Source: an uncultured Rhodospirillaceae bacterium (GTDB lineage Bacteria; Pseudomonadota; Alphaproteobacteria; MPNO01; UBA830). From it: a stretch of DNA of 64,000 bases. The translations under genes were made by a program, and so were the position numbers. The first letter of the stretch is position 1. Each line of letters starts with the position of its first letter. Below the pieces are notes generated by a model. It did no database searches. It worked only from the letters and a program-made list of their open reading frames with translations, and was not told the origin of the DNA. Below are positions 19,928 through 30,406 of this stretch, piece by piece. Location: NCBI GenBank assembly GCA_964412235.1, contig CAYPNT010000002.1, positions 33,051 through 97,050 of the forward strand. Reading direction: 5' to 3'.

Positions 19928-21739
19928 ATGAATTTTTATATAAGCTTTTTTACATTATTGATGATTGTATTTGGTGGTGCATTTGCACAAGCTCAAAAAC
20001 CTCCTAGTCATACGATAAAAAGTCACGGCCTTACTCTTTTAGGCAAACTCAAATATAAACCAGACTTCAAACATTTAGACTATGTAAATCCGCGCGCCCC
20101 AAAGGGCGGAATTTTCCGTCGTTATACGATTGGAACTTTCGATACATTCAATCCCTACTCAATGAAAGGAAACGCTTCTGTAGGCTTAAACCTCGTCTAT
20201 CAAACACTAATGTATTCTCCGGCTGACGAGATCTCGGCGGGATATGGATTGGTAGCTCAGAGTGTGGAAGTACCACCTAATCTCTCATACGCTGTGTTTA
20301 ATTTGCGGAAAGAGGCTCGTTTCCATGATGGAAGCCCGATTACAGCGGAAGATGTGGTTTGGTCATTCGAAACTTTAAAAAAAAGAGGTGCACCCTTTTA
20401 TCGATTTTATTACAAAAATATAAAAGGAGTACAAAAATTAGGTCATCACAAACTACGATTCCAATTTTCAGGACCTCCAAACCGCGAACTTCCGCACATC
20501 ATTGGACAACTGCCGGTGCTCTCTCAGAAATGGTGGTCAACTCGTGATTTTTCAAAGACTATTCTCGAACCCCCTTTGGGCAGCGGCGCATACAGAATCT
20601 CATCCTTTGAACCGGGTCGTTATGTTGAATTAGAGCGAGTCGTAAATTGGTGGGGATCAAAGTTGCCGATCAACGTCGGTCGTTACAATTTTGACAAAAT
20701 TAGATACGAATATTATCGCGATCAAACCGTAGCACTCGAAGCCTTTAAAACGGGACGATATGACTTTCGAAGTGAAAACTCTTCTCTAGTTTGGGCCACA
20801 GGCTACAATTTTTCTGCCCACCACAAGGGGGATGTAAAGACGGAGGAAGTCACGCATAAACGCCCGACAGGAATGCAGGCATTTGTTTTTAATATTCGAA
20901 GGCCGCAGTTTAAAGATCCTGTTATCCGGCACGCAATGTCATTCGCGTTCGACTTTGAGTGGTCAAATAAAAACCTGTTTTACGGGCAGTATACCCGCAC
21001 TAAAAGTTTCTTTTCAAACTCCAACCTGGCGGCCAAGGGACTGCCTTCTATAGAAGAACTGGCTCTGCTACTACCATGGAAAAAACTGCTGCCGCCGGAT
21101 TTATTTACCAAAACTTATGAACCGCCGCGTACCGACGGAACCGGTAACATCCGGAAAAACCTCCAGACAGCCATAAAATTACTAAAAAGCGCGGGCTACA
21201 AAATAAGGAAAAACAAGCTTATTTCTCCTAAAACAGGAAACCCGATAAGTTTTGAAATACTGCTGGTCAGCCCAGCCTTTGAGCGCATAGTCGCTCCATT
21301 TGCGAGAAATCTAAAAAGATTAGGAATAGTCGCAAAAACACGGACAGTTGATCAGTCCCAATATATTAACCGAATTCGCAAATTTGATTTTGATATGATT
21401 GTTGGTGGCGCCGGTCAGTCTGAATCTCCAGGAAATGAACAACGTAATTATTGGGGTTCGGCGGCGGCAAAACGCCTTGGTAGCGGAAACACTATTGGCG
21501 TTCAAAGCCCGGCGGTAGACGCACTAATAAGTGCTCTAATAAGCGCGCAGACACGAAAAGGTTTGATTCACGCGACGAGGGCACTGGACCGAGTTCTACT
21601 ATGGAACCATTACGTCATTCCTCAATGGCACGTACGTAACGATCGCATTGCTTATTGGAATAGATTCGGCGTGCCGAGGCACCCCATTTACGGCGTTGAT
21701 CCAACTTCTTGGTGGCATGATAAAAGTCATCAACGCTAA
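19928..21739 (+). CDS. yejA: ABC transporter substrate-binding protein, family 5 (YejA-like), copy 1
   Basis: 603 aa with signal peptide. Paralogous to the next gene. Upstream of yejBEF-like permeases and ATPase. Confidence 0.8.
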   Translation: MNFYISFFTLLMIVFGGAFAQAQKPPSHTIKSHGLTLLGKLKYKPDFKHLDYVNPRAPKGGIFRRYTIGTFDTFNPYSMKGNASVGLNLVYQTLMYSPADEISAGYGLVAQSVEVPPNLSYAVFNLRKEARFHDGSPITAEDVVWSFETLKKRGAPFYRFYYKNIKGVQKLGHHKLRFQFSGPPNRELPHIIGQLPVLSQKWWSTRDFSKTILEPPLGSGAYRISSFEPGRYVELERVVNWWGSKLPINVGRYNFDKIRYEYYRDQTVALEAFKTGRYDFRSENSSLVWATGYNFSAHHKGDVKTEEVTHKRPTGMQAFVFNIRRPQFKDPVIRHAMSFAFDFEWSNKNLFYGQYTRTKSFFSNSNLAAKGLPSIEELALLLPWKKLLPPDLFTKTYEPPRTDGTGNIRKNLQTAIKLLKSAGYKIRKNKLISPKTGNPISFEILLVSPAFERIVAPFARNLKRLGIVAKTRTVDQSQYINRIRKFDFDMIVGGAGQSESPGNEQRNYWGSAAAKRLGSGNTIGVQSPAVDALISALISAQTRKGLIHATRALDRVLLWNHYVIPQWHVRNDRIAYWNRFGVPRHPIYGVDPTSWWHDKSHQR

Positions 21740-21795
21740 AACAGTGGGCGAAAAACCTTAACGAACAGCGTTGAAGCTGCTTAAGATACATCCCG

Positions 21796-23664
21796 ATGAG
21801 ATACCTCCACGTTCTAATAGTCATTACGCTCTCTATAATTCCTGCTTTCGCTGTAGCAGACACTACTCGAACACATGGGCTCAGTGTGTTTGGTGATCTA
21901 AAATATCCTCCCCATTTTACCCATTTCGACTACGTAAATCCTGCCGCGCCTAAAGGTGGGCGAATAAAGATCCCCGCACTTGATTCATTCGAAACGGTCC
22001 AACCATTTACGTTAAAGGGGAGAAAAGAAATCCTTGCCGAAATACTTCTTTACGATACGCTTTTAGCGCGTTCATATGATGAGCCCGATTCCTACTACGG
22101 GTTAGTAGCGAAAACCATAGAAATTCCGGCAAACAAAAAATGGGTAGCTTTCAATATTAATCCGCGCGCACGATTTCATGATGGCAGCCCCATAACCGCT
22201 GAAGATGTTTTATTTACTTTCAAAACTTTGATTAAATACGGACATCCAAAATACAGAATAAATTTTCGGGATGTCGCAGATGCAAAAATCACATCAAGAT
22301 TACGGATAAAATTTATCTTCAATCCAGGGATCCACCGTGACCTTCCTACGCAGCTCGCCACGTTGCCGGTACTGTCCAAAACTTATTATAAAAAAAACAC
22401 ATTTAACAAGACTACTTTCGTCGGCGCCTTAACAAGCGGCCCGTACAAGATCAAAGAGGTAAAACCTGGACGCGCGATTAAGTATTCCCGAGTTTCTGAT
22501 TACTGGGGGATGAATTTACCCGTGAATCGGGGTAGATTTAACTTTGACTTAATAGAGGTAGATTATTACCGAGATCGAGAAGTTGCCTTTCAGGCGTTCT
22601 TTTCAAACCAATATGATTTTCGCGAAGACTTTACCTCCCGACAATGGGCTACTCAGTACAATAAACCCCCAGTAAACAAAGGTTTTATTGTTCGCGAGGT
22701 TTTGCCAGATGAAACCCCTTCCGGGGTACAAGCTTTCGTTTTCAACTTAAGAAAGAAAAAATTTCAAGATGTACGGGTACGCAAAGCTCTAGACCTCGCC
22801 TTTGATTTCGAATGGACAAACAGGACCCTATTTTTCAGCCAATATACCAGGACAAATTCGATGTTCGAGAATTCGCCGTTGGCCGCGCGTTATATGCCAT
22901 CACAGGACGAAATTTCGCGTTTAGAACCTTACCGGGGAAAAGTTCCCGAAGAAGTTTTCAGATTACCATTTGTTGCTCCCAAAACTAACGGAGCGGGACG
23001 CATTCGAAAAAATCTCAGGAAAGCCCAAATACTTTTAAAAGAGGCCGGCTATTCGATAAAAAATGGTCGCCGAATTAACGAAGAAGAAATGCCGCTCGAC
23101 ATTGAATTTCTACTTTTTGAAGGTAGTTTCAAAAGAATAATCAACCCCTATATCAAAAACCTCAAGAGGCTCGGTATTAGCGCACGTATACGAATTGTTG
23201 ATATTGCGAATTTCAAACGTCGCGCCGACAGTTTTGATTTCGATGTACTTATACGCCGGATTGTTCAACCACTGACCCCTGGCCTAGAACAGCGAAATTA
23301 CTTCAGTTCTCAATATGCAAACGTGCGAGGCTCATCCAATATAGGTGGTATTAATGACCCAGTCATCGACGCATTAGTAGAAAAAGTCATAAATGCAGAG
23401 TCTCGAACAGACCTCCAACTATCAGTTCGCGTTTTAGATCGTGTTTTGATGTGGAACCGCTTTGTGGTTACCCAGTGGTACAAAGGGGTTCATAACATCG
23501 CTTACTGGAATAAGTTTAATCGTCCAAAAATCTCACCCAAATATGATTTAGGTGTTCTCGATACTTGGTGGTACGACACAGAGAAAGCGGCAATGATTAA
23601 AGCTGGAAAGGTCCCGCCCAGACCGGCCGAATCCCTACCTCCACCCGCCGGCTCAAAGGGCTAA
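21796..23664 (+). CDS. yejA: ABC transporter substrate-binding protein, family 5 (YejA-like), copy 2
   Basis: 622 aa with signal peptide. Shares blocks with copy 1 ('RFHDGSPITAEDV', 'DFEW.N..LF..QYTRT'). Confidence 0.8.
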   Translation: MRYLHVLIVITLSIIPAFAVADTTRTHGLSVFGDLKYPPHFTHFDYVNPAAPKGGRIKIPALDSFETVQPFTLKGRKEILAEILLYDTLLARSYDEPDSYYGLVAKTIEIPANKKWVAFNINPRARFHDGSPITAEDVLFTFKTLIKYGHPKYRINFRDVADAKITSRLRIKFIFNPGIHRDLPTQLATLPVLSKTYYKKNTFNKTTFVGALTSGPYKIKEVKPGRAIKYSRVSDYWGMNLPVNRGRFNFDLIEVDYYRDREVAFQAFFSNQYDFREDFTSRQWATQYNKPPVNKGFIVREVLPDETPSGVQAFVFNLRKKKFQDVRVRKALDLAFDFEWTNRTLFFSQYTRTNSMFENSPLAARYMPSQDEISRLEPYRGKVPEEVFRLPFVAPKTNGAGRIRKNLRKAQILLKEAGYSIKNGRRINEEEMPLDIEFLLFEGSFKRIINPYIKNLKRLGISARIRIVDIANFKRRADSFDFDVLIRRIVQPLTPGLEQRNYFSSQYANVRGSSNIGGINDPVIDALVEKVINAESRTDLQLSVRVLDRVLMWNRFVVTQWYKGVHNIAYWNKFNRPKISPKYDLGVLDTWWYDTEKAAMIKAGKVPPRPAESLPPPAGSKG

Positions 23665-23673
23665 ATAAACGGG

Positions 23674-24783
23674 ATGCTCGCATACATAATTCGACGCCTA
23701 TTGCTTATTATCCCGACCTTATTCGGAATCATGGTTATTAATTTCACTATCGTCCAGCTTGCGCCAGGGGGGCCGATAGAACAAATAATAGCTGAACTCT
23801 CAGGCACCGGCGTCGGGACAACTGGTCGCATAAGTAGTTCGGGCAGTGAGGTCATGGGGAAGGGTGGTGGCAAATTAATCCCAGGTGGACAAAACACGAC
23901 GACTTATCGCGGAGCTCAAGGCCTTGACCCAGAATTTATAAAGGACCTCGAGAAACAATTCGGGTTCGACAAACCATTGCACGAGCGTTTTATCAATATG
24001 ATCGGCAATTATATCACCTTCGATTTTGGAACAAGTTTCTTTCGGGACGAGACAGTCGTTGATTTAGTTTTTTCTAAATTACCGGTTTCAATTTCATTGG
24101 GTCTTTGGACCACCATAATCGTGTATTTAGTTAGCATACCGCTTGGTATTCGCAAGGCAGTACGGGATGGGAGCCGGTTTGACGTATGGACAACGGCGGT
24201 GCTCACAGTTGGTTTCGCTATCCCGTCATTTGTCATAGCAATTCTACTGATCGTTTTATTTTCCGGTGGAAGCTTTATCAATTTGTTTCCCTTGCGTGGG
24301 TTAATATCAGACAATTTCGAACAACTTACCTTTATGGGTCAAATGTTTGATTATCTGTGGCATTTGGTGTTACCCATAACCGCTCTGGTGCTGGGTGGCT
24401 TCCTCTCACTTACAATGCTCACCAAAAACTCTTATCTAGACCAAATCAACATGCTTTACGTGCAAACCGCCCGTGCAAAAGGCCTTAGTGAAAGGCGTGT
24501 TTTGTATGGCCACGTATTTCGGAATGCGATGTTGATTGTAATAGCCGGTTTTCCAGGTGCATTTGTGGGTATTTTATTTACCGGCGCAATGTTGATCGAA
24601 ATAATTTTCTCCTTGGATGGTCTTGGCCTGCTCGGCTTTGAAGCCGCTATAAAAAGAGATTATCCAATTATGTTTGCGACAGTCTATTTTTTCACGCTAC
24701 TCGGCCTAATAATGAATCTGATCGGTGACCTTTTGTACACAATCATTGATCCAAGAATTGATTTTGAGGCGCGTGATGTCTGA
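23674..24783 (+). CDS. yejB: Peptide ABC transporter permease YejB-like
   Basis: Six-TM BPD-transporter permease with a large first periplasmic loop. Confidence 0.8.
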   Translation: MLAYIIRRLLLIIPTLFGIMVINFTIVQLAPGGPIEQIIAELSGTGVGTTGRISSSGSEVMGKGGGKLIPGGQNTTTYRGAQGLDPEFIKDLEKQFGFDKPLHERFINMIGNYITFDFGTSFFRDETVVDLVFSKLPVSISLGLWTTIIVYLVSIPLGIRKAVRDGSRFDVWTTAVLTVGFAIPSFVIAILLIVLFSGGSFINLFPLRGLISDNFEQLTFMGQMFDYLWHLVLPITALVLGGFLSLTMLTKNSYLDQINMLYVQTARAKGLSERRVLYGHVFRNAMLIVIAGFPGAFVGILFTGAMLIEIIFSLDGLGLLGFEAAIKRDYPIMFATVYFFTLLGLIMNLIGDLLYTIIDPRIDFEARDV

Positions 24784-25843
24784 CCTGCCTACGCAGTACA
24801 AAATACTTGGTCAAACAATTTCACCCCTGAACACGCGACGCCTGAATATTTTTCGCCAAAACAAACGGGGGTCGTGGTCCCTGGTAATTTTCATGTTGCT
24901 ATTCGTTGTAACGTTACCCGCGGAGTTCATTGCCAATGATCGGCCACTATTCATATGGTACCAAGATGAAATTTATATACCGGTTTTAAACACATACGCT
25001 GAAACTACATTTGGCGGCGATTTCGAGACAGAAGCGGAATATCGAGAAAAAGATGTCCAGGATTTAATTCAACAAAAGGGTGGCTGGATGATCTGGCCAC
25101 TCATCGAATATAGTTACGACACCGTTAATTTAAATCTAAAAGTCCCAGCGCCTGCACCTCCATCCCAAAATAACGTAATTGGAACCGATGACCAGGGACG
25201 TGATGTCCTAGCACGGGTAATATATGGCTTTCGGATCTCAGTCCTGTTTGGATTAATACTGACATTACTTGGATCAATTATCGGTGTACTAGCTGGTGCG
25301 TTTCAGGGGTTTTTTGGGGGTTGGATTGACTTATCTTTTCAACGTTTTGTGGAAATTTGGGGTGGCCTTCCACAGCTTTATATCCTCATAATCCTTTCGA
25401 GCATAATCATACCGGGTTTCTGGTCGTTATTATTAATATTGCTTTTGTTTGGCTGGACCGCGCTGGTGGGCGTGGTTCGAGCCGAGTTTCTCCGCACACG
25501 AAACCTCGAATATGTTAAAGCGGCGCGCGCCCTAGGTGTAAGTAATATCACTATCATACTCCGGCATGTGCTGCCCAACGCTATGGTCGCGACACTTACC
25601 TTTCTGCCCTTAATTTTGACTGGCTCGATCACTAGTCTTACTGCGCTTGATTTTCTGGGCCTTGGGTTACCCCCGGGATCGCCATCTCTGGGTGAGCTCC
25701 TGCAACAGGGTAAGACTAACCTTCAAGCACCATGGTTAGGACTGACCTCCACAATCAGTATTGCGTTAACACTGACGTTATTGATTTTTGTGGGTGAGGC
25801 AGTTCGTGACGCTTTCGATCCTAGGAAGACCTTCAATGGTTGA
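24776..25843 (+). CDS. yejE: Peptide ABC transporter permease YejE-like
   Basis: Permease. ATG at 24776 gives an 8-bp overlap with yejB (track ORF starts at 24725). Confidence 0.8.
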   Translation: MSDLPTQYKILGQTISPLNTRRLNIFRQNKRGSWSLVIFMLLFVVTLPAEFIANDRPLFIWYQDEIYIPVLNTYAETTFGGDFETEAEYREKDVQDLIQQKGGWMIWPLIEYSYDTVNLNLKVPAPAPPSQNNVIGTDDQGRDVLARVIYGFRISVLFGLILTLLGSIIGVLAGAFQGFFGGWIDLSFQRFVEIWGGLPQLYILIILSSIIIPGFWSLLLILLLFGWTALVGVVRAEFLRTRNLEYVKAARALGVSNITIILRHVLPNAMVATLTFLPLILTGSITSLTALDFLGLGLPPGSPSLGELLQQGKTNLQAPWLGLTSTISIALTLTLLIFVGEAVRDAFDPRKTFNG

Positions 25844-27431
25844 CCCCTTGTTATCTATAAAACGTTTATCGGTATCATTTGGACGCGGCTCACAAGAAGT
25901 CGCCGCTGTTCGTAATATTAGTTTTGAGATTAGGCGTGGCGAAACATTAGCGTTGGTCGGAGAGTCTGGGTCTGGAAAATCGGTGAGCGCGCTCTCACTC
26001 CTCCAACTTCTCCCATATCCCGTCGCTCATCACCCATCCGGGTCAATCGTTCTGGAAAATCAAGAATTAATAGGCGCGCCGCGTTCGACCATGCAAAACA
26101 TCCGTGGAAATCGCATTGCCATTATATTTCAGGAACCGCTTTCCTCACTTAATCCCTTACACACTATAGAAAAACAAATCGGGGAAATTCTTTTTGTTCA
26201 TAAAAAACTAGGTAAAAAAGCGGCCCGGGAACGCATAATCAAACTATTAACCGAGGTTGGTCTAGCAAAGGTACAATCCCGCCTCACCGCTTATCCACAT
26301 CAACTTTCTGGCGGTCAACGCCAAAGGGTAATGATTGCTATGGCTCTGGCAAACGATCCGGATCTCCTCATTGCCGACGAACCAACCACCGCTTTGGATG
26401 TAACGATCCAAGCACAGATTCTTGAGTTGATTAAGAAACTTCAGAAACAGCGCGGTATGTCTGTATTACTAATTACGCATGATCTCAGCATCGTCCGGAC
26501 AATAGCAAAAAAGATTTGTGTGATGAAGGACGGAGAGATTGTAGAGACAGGGGTGACGAACGAAGTATTTAACCAGCCCCGCCATCCTTACACCAGGCAT
26601 CTCCTTGAATCCCAGCCCAAACCCAAAAAAAACCCCCATACGGGGCAAACGCCCAAAATTCTTGAGGCAAAAAATATACGGGTATGGTTCCCGATTAACA
26701 AAGGTATCCTGCGCCAAACGAAGGGTCATACGAAAGCGGTCGATAATGTAAGTTTAGTGGTTCGCGAGGGGCAAACTATAGGCGTCGTCGGAGAGTCTGG
26801 GTCTGGCAAAACAACTCTCGCGATGGCCCTTCTCCGTCTACAGGAAAGTAAGGGAGCCATTTCTTTTGTTGGAGAACGTATAGACAGATACAATTTTAAC
26901 CGCATGCGACCCCTGCGAAAAGAAATGCAAGTGGTGTTTCAGGACCCATTCTCTACACTTTCACCGCGATTATCGGTCGGGCAAATCATTGAAGAAGGCC
27001 TTCGTCTGCACAAACTTATTCAACAAAATTCTGCAGAACGAAGAAAAGCCGTGGGGGAAGCTTTAGAAGAGGTGGAACTCTCCCAAGATCTGCAGGACCG
27101 GTATCCCCACGAATTTTCGGGTGGCCAGCGTCAACGAATTGCTATTGCTCGCGCCTTAGTTCTTAAGCCAAAACTTCTGATCTTTGATGAACCTACGTCG
27201 GCACTTGATCTGTCAGTGCAAGCTCAAATTATTAATTTGTTACAAGACCTTCAAAAGAAACATAGGCTAGCCTATATCTTTATAAGCCACGATCTGAAAG
27301 TTATTCGTGCAATCGCTGATGAGATAATCATCATGCAAGAGGGTAAGATCGTAGAAAGAGGCCCTACCCATCAACTTTTTGAAAACCCGAAGGACGAATA
27401 CACCAAGGCCCTGATCGCTTCAGCAATATAG
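25836..27431 (+). CDS. yejF: Peptide ABC transporter ATPase with duplicated ATP-binding domains, YejF-like
   Basis: Two Walker A ('GESGSGKS' twice) and two signatures ('LSGGQRQR', 'FSGGQRQR'). ATG at 25836 gives an 8-bp overlap with yejE. Confidence 0.85.
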   Translation: MVDPLLSIKRLSVSFGRGSQEVAAVRNISFEIRRGETLALVGESGSGKSVSALSLLQLLPYPVAHHPSGSIVLENQELIGAPRSTMQNIRGNRIAIIFQEPLSSLNPLHTIEKQIGEILFVHKKLGKKAARERIIKLLTEVGLAKVQSRLTAYPHQLSGGQRQRVMIAMALANDPDLLIADEPTTALDVTIQAQILELIKKLQKQRGMSVLLITHDLSIVRTIAKKICVMKDGEIVETGVTNEVFNQPRHPYTRHLLESQPKPKKNPHTGQTPKILEAKNIRVWFPINKGILRQTKGHTKAVDNVSLVVREGQTIGVVGESGSGKTTLAMALLRLQESKGAISFVGERIDRYNFNRMRPLRKEMQVVFQDPFSTLSPRLSVGQIIEEGLRLHKLIQQNSAERRKAVGEALEEVELSQDLQDRYPHEFSGGQRQRIAIARALVLKPKLLIFDEPTSALDLSVQAQIINLLQDLQKKHRLAYIFISHDLKVIRAIADEIIIMQEGKIVERGPTHQLFENPKDEYTKALIASAI

Positions 27432-27522
27432 TCAGAACCGCTACAAACCGGCGCGGATAGGTATTAGAACGTGACTGATGTGACAGTACTAAATATAGTA
27501 GGAAGAGTTTTTAGGTTTGTCC

Positions 27523-27918
27523 TTAAAAATCAACGCTAGCTTTCGGTGTCCCCGCCTCGAATGGGGTTGGGCTTTCCAACTCTCGCCCTGCTTTTGATAT
27601 ATCCTCCGCAAAGTTTGCAAGATATAAAGCGCCTTTTTCCGTGCATTCAACATGAATACTGCGACGATCATAATCGTCAACGCGGCGGCGGATATAACCC
27701 AGTGTGTTAAGGCGATTTAGTGCCCGAGAAATAGCGGGCTTGGAAATGTTTAGATTTAACGCAAGGTCTCGGACGGTATGTTTCTGTTTGACATTAAAAA
27801 CCATCAACAAAATAGACATTTGTCGAGCCGACAGATCAGGCCCCTCATCCCGAACGCTTGCACAAAGAGCTTTTCGCCATAAAGCAAGCGCATCATTTTG
27901 GTCTAAGTACACAGGCAT
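27523..27918 (-). CDS. MarR family transcriptional regulator
   Basis: Winged HTH 'VRDLALNLNISKPAISRALNRLNTLGYIRRRVDDYDRR'. True start taken as ATG 27918, because the longer track ORF runs antisense through the GST gene. Confidence 0.8.
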   Translation of the reverse strand: MPVYLDQNDALALWRKALCASVRDEGPDLSARQMSILLMVFNVKQKHTVRDLALNLNISKPAISRALNRLNTLGYIRRRVDDYDRRSIHVECTEKGALYLANFAEDISKAGRELESPTPFEAGTPKASVDF

Positions 27919-27980
27919 AGCATAAAACTCGGTGTCTCCATTAGAACTAAGTCTAACCGAATCATCGAAGCCTTGACCAA

Positions 27981-28000
27981 TTGTCACTTGCAGTTGACAA
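27981..28000. promoter_or_regulatory. Inverted repeat TTGTCA-N8-TGACAA in the marR/GST divergent intergenic region (candidate MarR operator)
   Basis: Read directly. Further TTGAC/TGACAA half-sites lie at about 27973 and about 28012. Confidence 0.35.
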
Positions 28001-28036
28001 CTACCAAAGAGTGACAACAAAGGGGCCTTTATAAAG

Positions 28037-28630
28037 ATGAAGTTGTTATTGAGGGGACCATCACCATTCGGACGTAAGGCGACATTTGCAATAAAACATT
28101 TAAACCTCTCGGACCAGATTGAAATCGGTTCACCGGATAGCGAAGAACATATTCGGAAACTCAATCCTCTCGCAAAGGTACCCGCACTTATTCGTGATAA
28201 TGGTGAAGCTTTATTTGATAGCCGCGTGATATTAGAATATTTGGATATCCTAGCAGGGGGCAATAAAATTATTCCGACAGATACGGAGGCTAGATTTCTG
28301 GCCTTACGGCAGGCCGCGATGGCAGACGGAATATTAGAAGCGGCACTATTGATCACCTACGAAGGCCGTTATCGGCCAAAGCAAACACCGTATGAACCTT
28401 GGTTGGATTTTCAGCGGGGAAAAATTAGCCGAACGTTAGTTGCTATGGCCGGATCACCTCCCGTCCAGAAGCCCCTAACCGTTGGCGGGATCGGGTTTGC
28501 ATGCGCGCTTGAATATATGGATTTTCGGAAACAGTATGACTGGCGCCCAGAACTCATAACTTTGGTTGAATGGCTTAATGATTTTAATAGGGTCTATCCG
28601 GAATTTTCGGAAAGTCGACCAAAAAATTAG
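28037..28630 (+). CDS. Glutathione S-transferase
   Basis: N-terminal thioredoxin-like GST domain ('NPLAKVPALI...LFDSRVILEYL') plus a helical C-terminal domain. Confidence 0.8.
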   Translation: MKLLLRGPSPFGRKATFAIKHLNLSDQIEIGSPDSEEHIRKLNPLAKVPALIRDNGEALFDSRVILEYLDILAGGNKIIPTDTEARFLALRQAAMADGILEAALLITYEGRYRPKQTPYEPWLDFQRGKISRTLVAMAGSPPVQKPLTVGGIGFACALEYMDFRKQYDWRPELITLVEWLNDFNRVYPEFSESRPKN

Positions 28631-28688
28631 AGACCGCCCAGATAAAAAAAATAAAAATATTACTCCTACAAAACAAAAAGATTATTAC

Positions 28689-29240
28689 TCAGGTATGGGA
28701 ATCGAAATCCAAAGGATATTGGGCAAGAGGGATATAGGCGGGACCTTTGCGGCCGAGATGGCTCTGATAAAGTGTTAAAGTATCGGCCTGATAGGTGGAA
28801 GCTGAAAAACCACCAGTGTTCTCGAGCCATTCACGAATACGTTTTGAATGAGCGATGCGCGGTCGAGCAACGGTAATATGAGGTGTATACCTTCGACGCT
28901 CAGGTGCCAGACCCGCAGTTAAAAGACATTTATCTACTTTGTTTTGGAGAAAAGAAAGGGTAGGTCCCCTGGCAACACCGACCCATAGAGCACGAACTAT
29001 TCCACGACTGGAAAAATGGCCGGTTCCCTTCAACTCAATTGGGACAGTGGGCGCACGCACGAACGCCAAATTATTAATGATAATATCAGCCAAATCCTCT
29101 GGAACCTCACCGATATATCGAACTGTTATATGTAAGTTCTCTGGGTTCACCCATCGGGCACTATCAATACCCGCCTGAAGACTAGAAATTTGAACCTGCA
29201 AGTCTTGAGGCAAGGAAAGGGCTGTAAAAAGTCTAATCAT
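28689..29240 (-). CDS. thpR: RNA 2',3'-cyclic phosphodiesterase (2H phosphoesterase, ThpR/LigT)
   Basis: Two HxT motifs 'HITVRY' and 'HITVAR'. 'MIRLFTAL' start at 29240. Confidence 0.85.
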   Translation of the reverse strand: MIRLFTALSLPQDLQVQISSLQAGIDSARWVNPENLHITVRYIGEVPEDLADIIINNLAFVRAPTVPIELKGTGHFSSRGIVRALWVGVARGPTLSFLQNKVDKCLLTAGLAPERRRYTPHITVARPRIAHSKRIREWLENTGGFSASTYQADTLTLYQSHLGRKGPAYIPLAQYPLDFDSHT

Positions 29241-29275
29241 TCTAGCACTTAAATCTTCGAGCACTCAAAACAACA

Positions 29276-30403
29276 TCAGCTAAAAAGTGTCAATACTCCG
29301 GTGTAACCATATAAACGGTTGTTCGAAATCTCCCCATTCGCGTAAAACCCTACCAGGGGTATATCGTCACCTAACTTCGCCTGAACCGTTTTCATTTCTT
29401 CCGAGTCTGAACCAAACAAATTAGGCCCTCGTGCCACACAAGAATAGTATAGTGCTGCCTTTGGTTTTCCAGTTGCGCGCCCAGTCACGTCAGCTACCAT
29501 CCGTTCTAAATCGTCCATTGCTGCAGATTTATCTCGACGAACAAACATGACTCTATCGCCCACAGAGATCCGTTCACCGATCACTACTAATTTTTTTGAT
29601 GGATCAATCCCAACAACATTCCGCACAAGATAATCGCCGTTGTCGTCGCCCGCGATGGGCAGCGCCGCATGAATATATCCAGCCACCCGTTCAAGATTCC
29701 GCGAAAGAACCTCACCGACATCTGCCCGAAACACATCCAGTGCAGGTCGGCCGTCAAGCTCAATTAAAATATTGTCGCGGGCCCCTGTCACTTCATGGAC
29801 CCCTCCAATAGGAGAACAACCCTGGCTCAACCCAGTCGAAACAGAAACCTTTTTAGAGAAAAGAACCCCTGACACACCACCCTCGGTTAAACTATCCGCA
29901 ATCTGTGGCTGCCGGCCGCGCGATGCCGTCAAACCACCGATCAGAAACGCATCCGTATCGTCTGTGATCGCGTTTAAAATATCTCCAACGTAGGCGTTAC
30001 GCGGATCTGCGTGGACGACGCCAAAAAAAGGATTGGTTTTGGTAACCCACTTCATTACGTGATCGGGTAGGGGATCGCCCGGCCGGTTCACCGAAGGCAA
30101 CACACAGAAAGAATGATCTGGAAGCGAACCGATCATCGCCACAATTGCAGGGACATCAAAGTACTCTTGCCCGCCGACCATCACCCCAAAACCGACGGTG
30201 CCAACCCAATGCTGAATACCCGTTTTTTCTCTTAGCCACTCCGCCACAAGAGGTAGGTCTTCATCAAGCAAGTCTGTTACATAAATAAATCCAATATTAC
30301 TGCGCTCGGGTATGGGTTGCATCTGATTGAAACACGATTCCACCATAGTTTCCCAATCGGCATCTACAGCGTGACCCATCACAAATTTTCGAGCAGCTTC
30401 CAT
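29276..30403 (-). CDS. FIST N/C domain-containing protein
   Basis: About 375 aa with the characteristic C-terminal 'GFYANGEI' block of FIST_C. Confidence 0.7.
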   Translation of the reverse strand: MEAARKFVMGHAVDADWETMVESCFNQMQPIPERSNIGFIYVTDLLDEDLPLVAEWLREKTGIQHWVGTVGFGVMVGGQEYFDVPAIVAMIGSLPDHSFCVLPSVNRPGDPLPDHVMKWVTKTNPFFGVVHADPRNAYVGDILNAITDDTDAFLIGGLTASRGRQPQIADSLTEGGVSGVLFSKKVSVSTGLSQGCSPIGGVHEVTGARDNILIELDGRPALDVFRADVGEVLSRNLERVAGYIHAALPIAGDDNGDYLVRNVVGIDPSKKLVVIGERISVGDRVMFVRRDKSAAMDDLERMVADVTGRATGKPKAALYYSCVARGPNLFGSDSEEMKTVQAKLGDDIPLVGFYANGEISNNRLYGYTGVLTLFS

Positions 30404-30406
30404 GCG

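Noticed and set aside
27523-28356. 277-aa ORF in the track that would make a long MarR-fusion protein
   Set aside because: Its N-terminal 146 codons run antisense through the well-supported GST gene (28037-28630) and have low-complexity, non-domain sequence. The MarR domain begins after the internal ATG at 27918.
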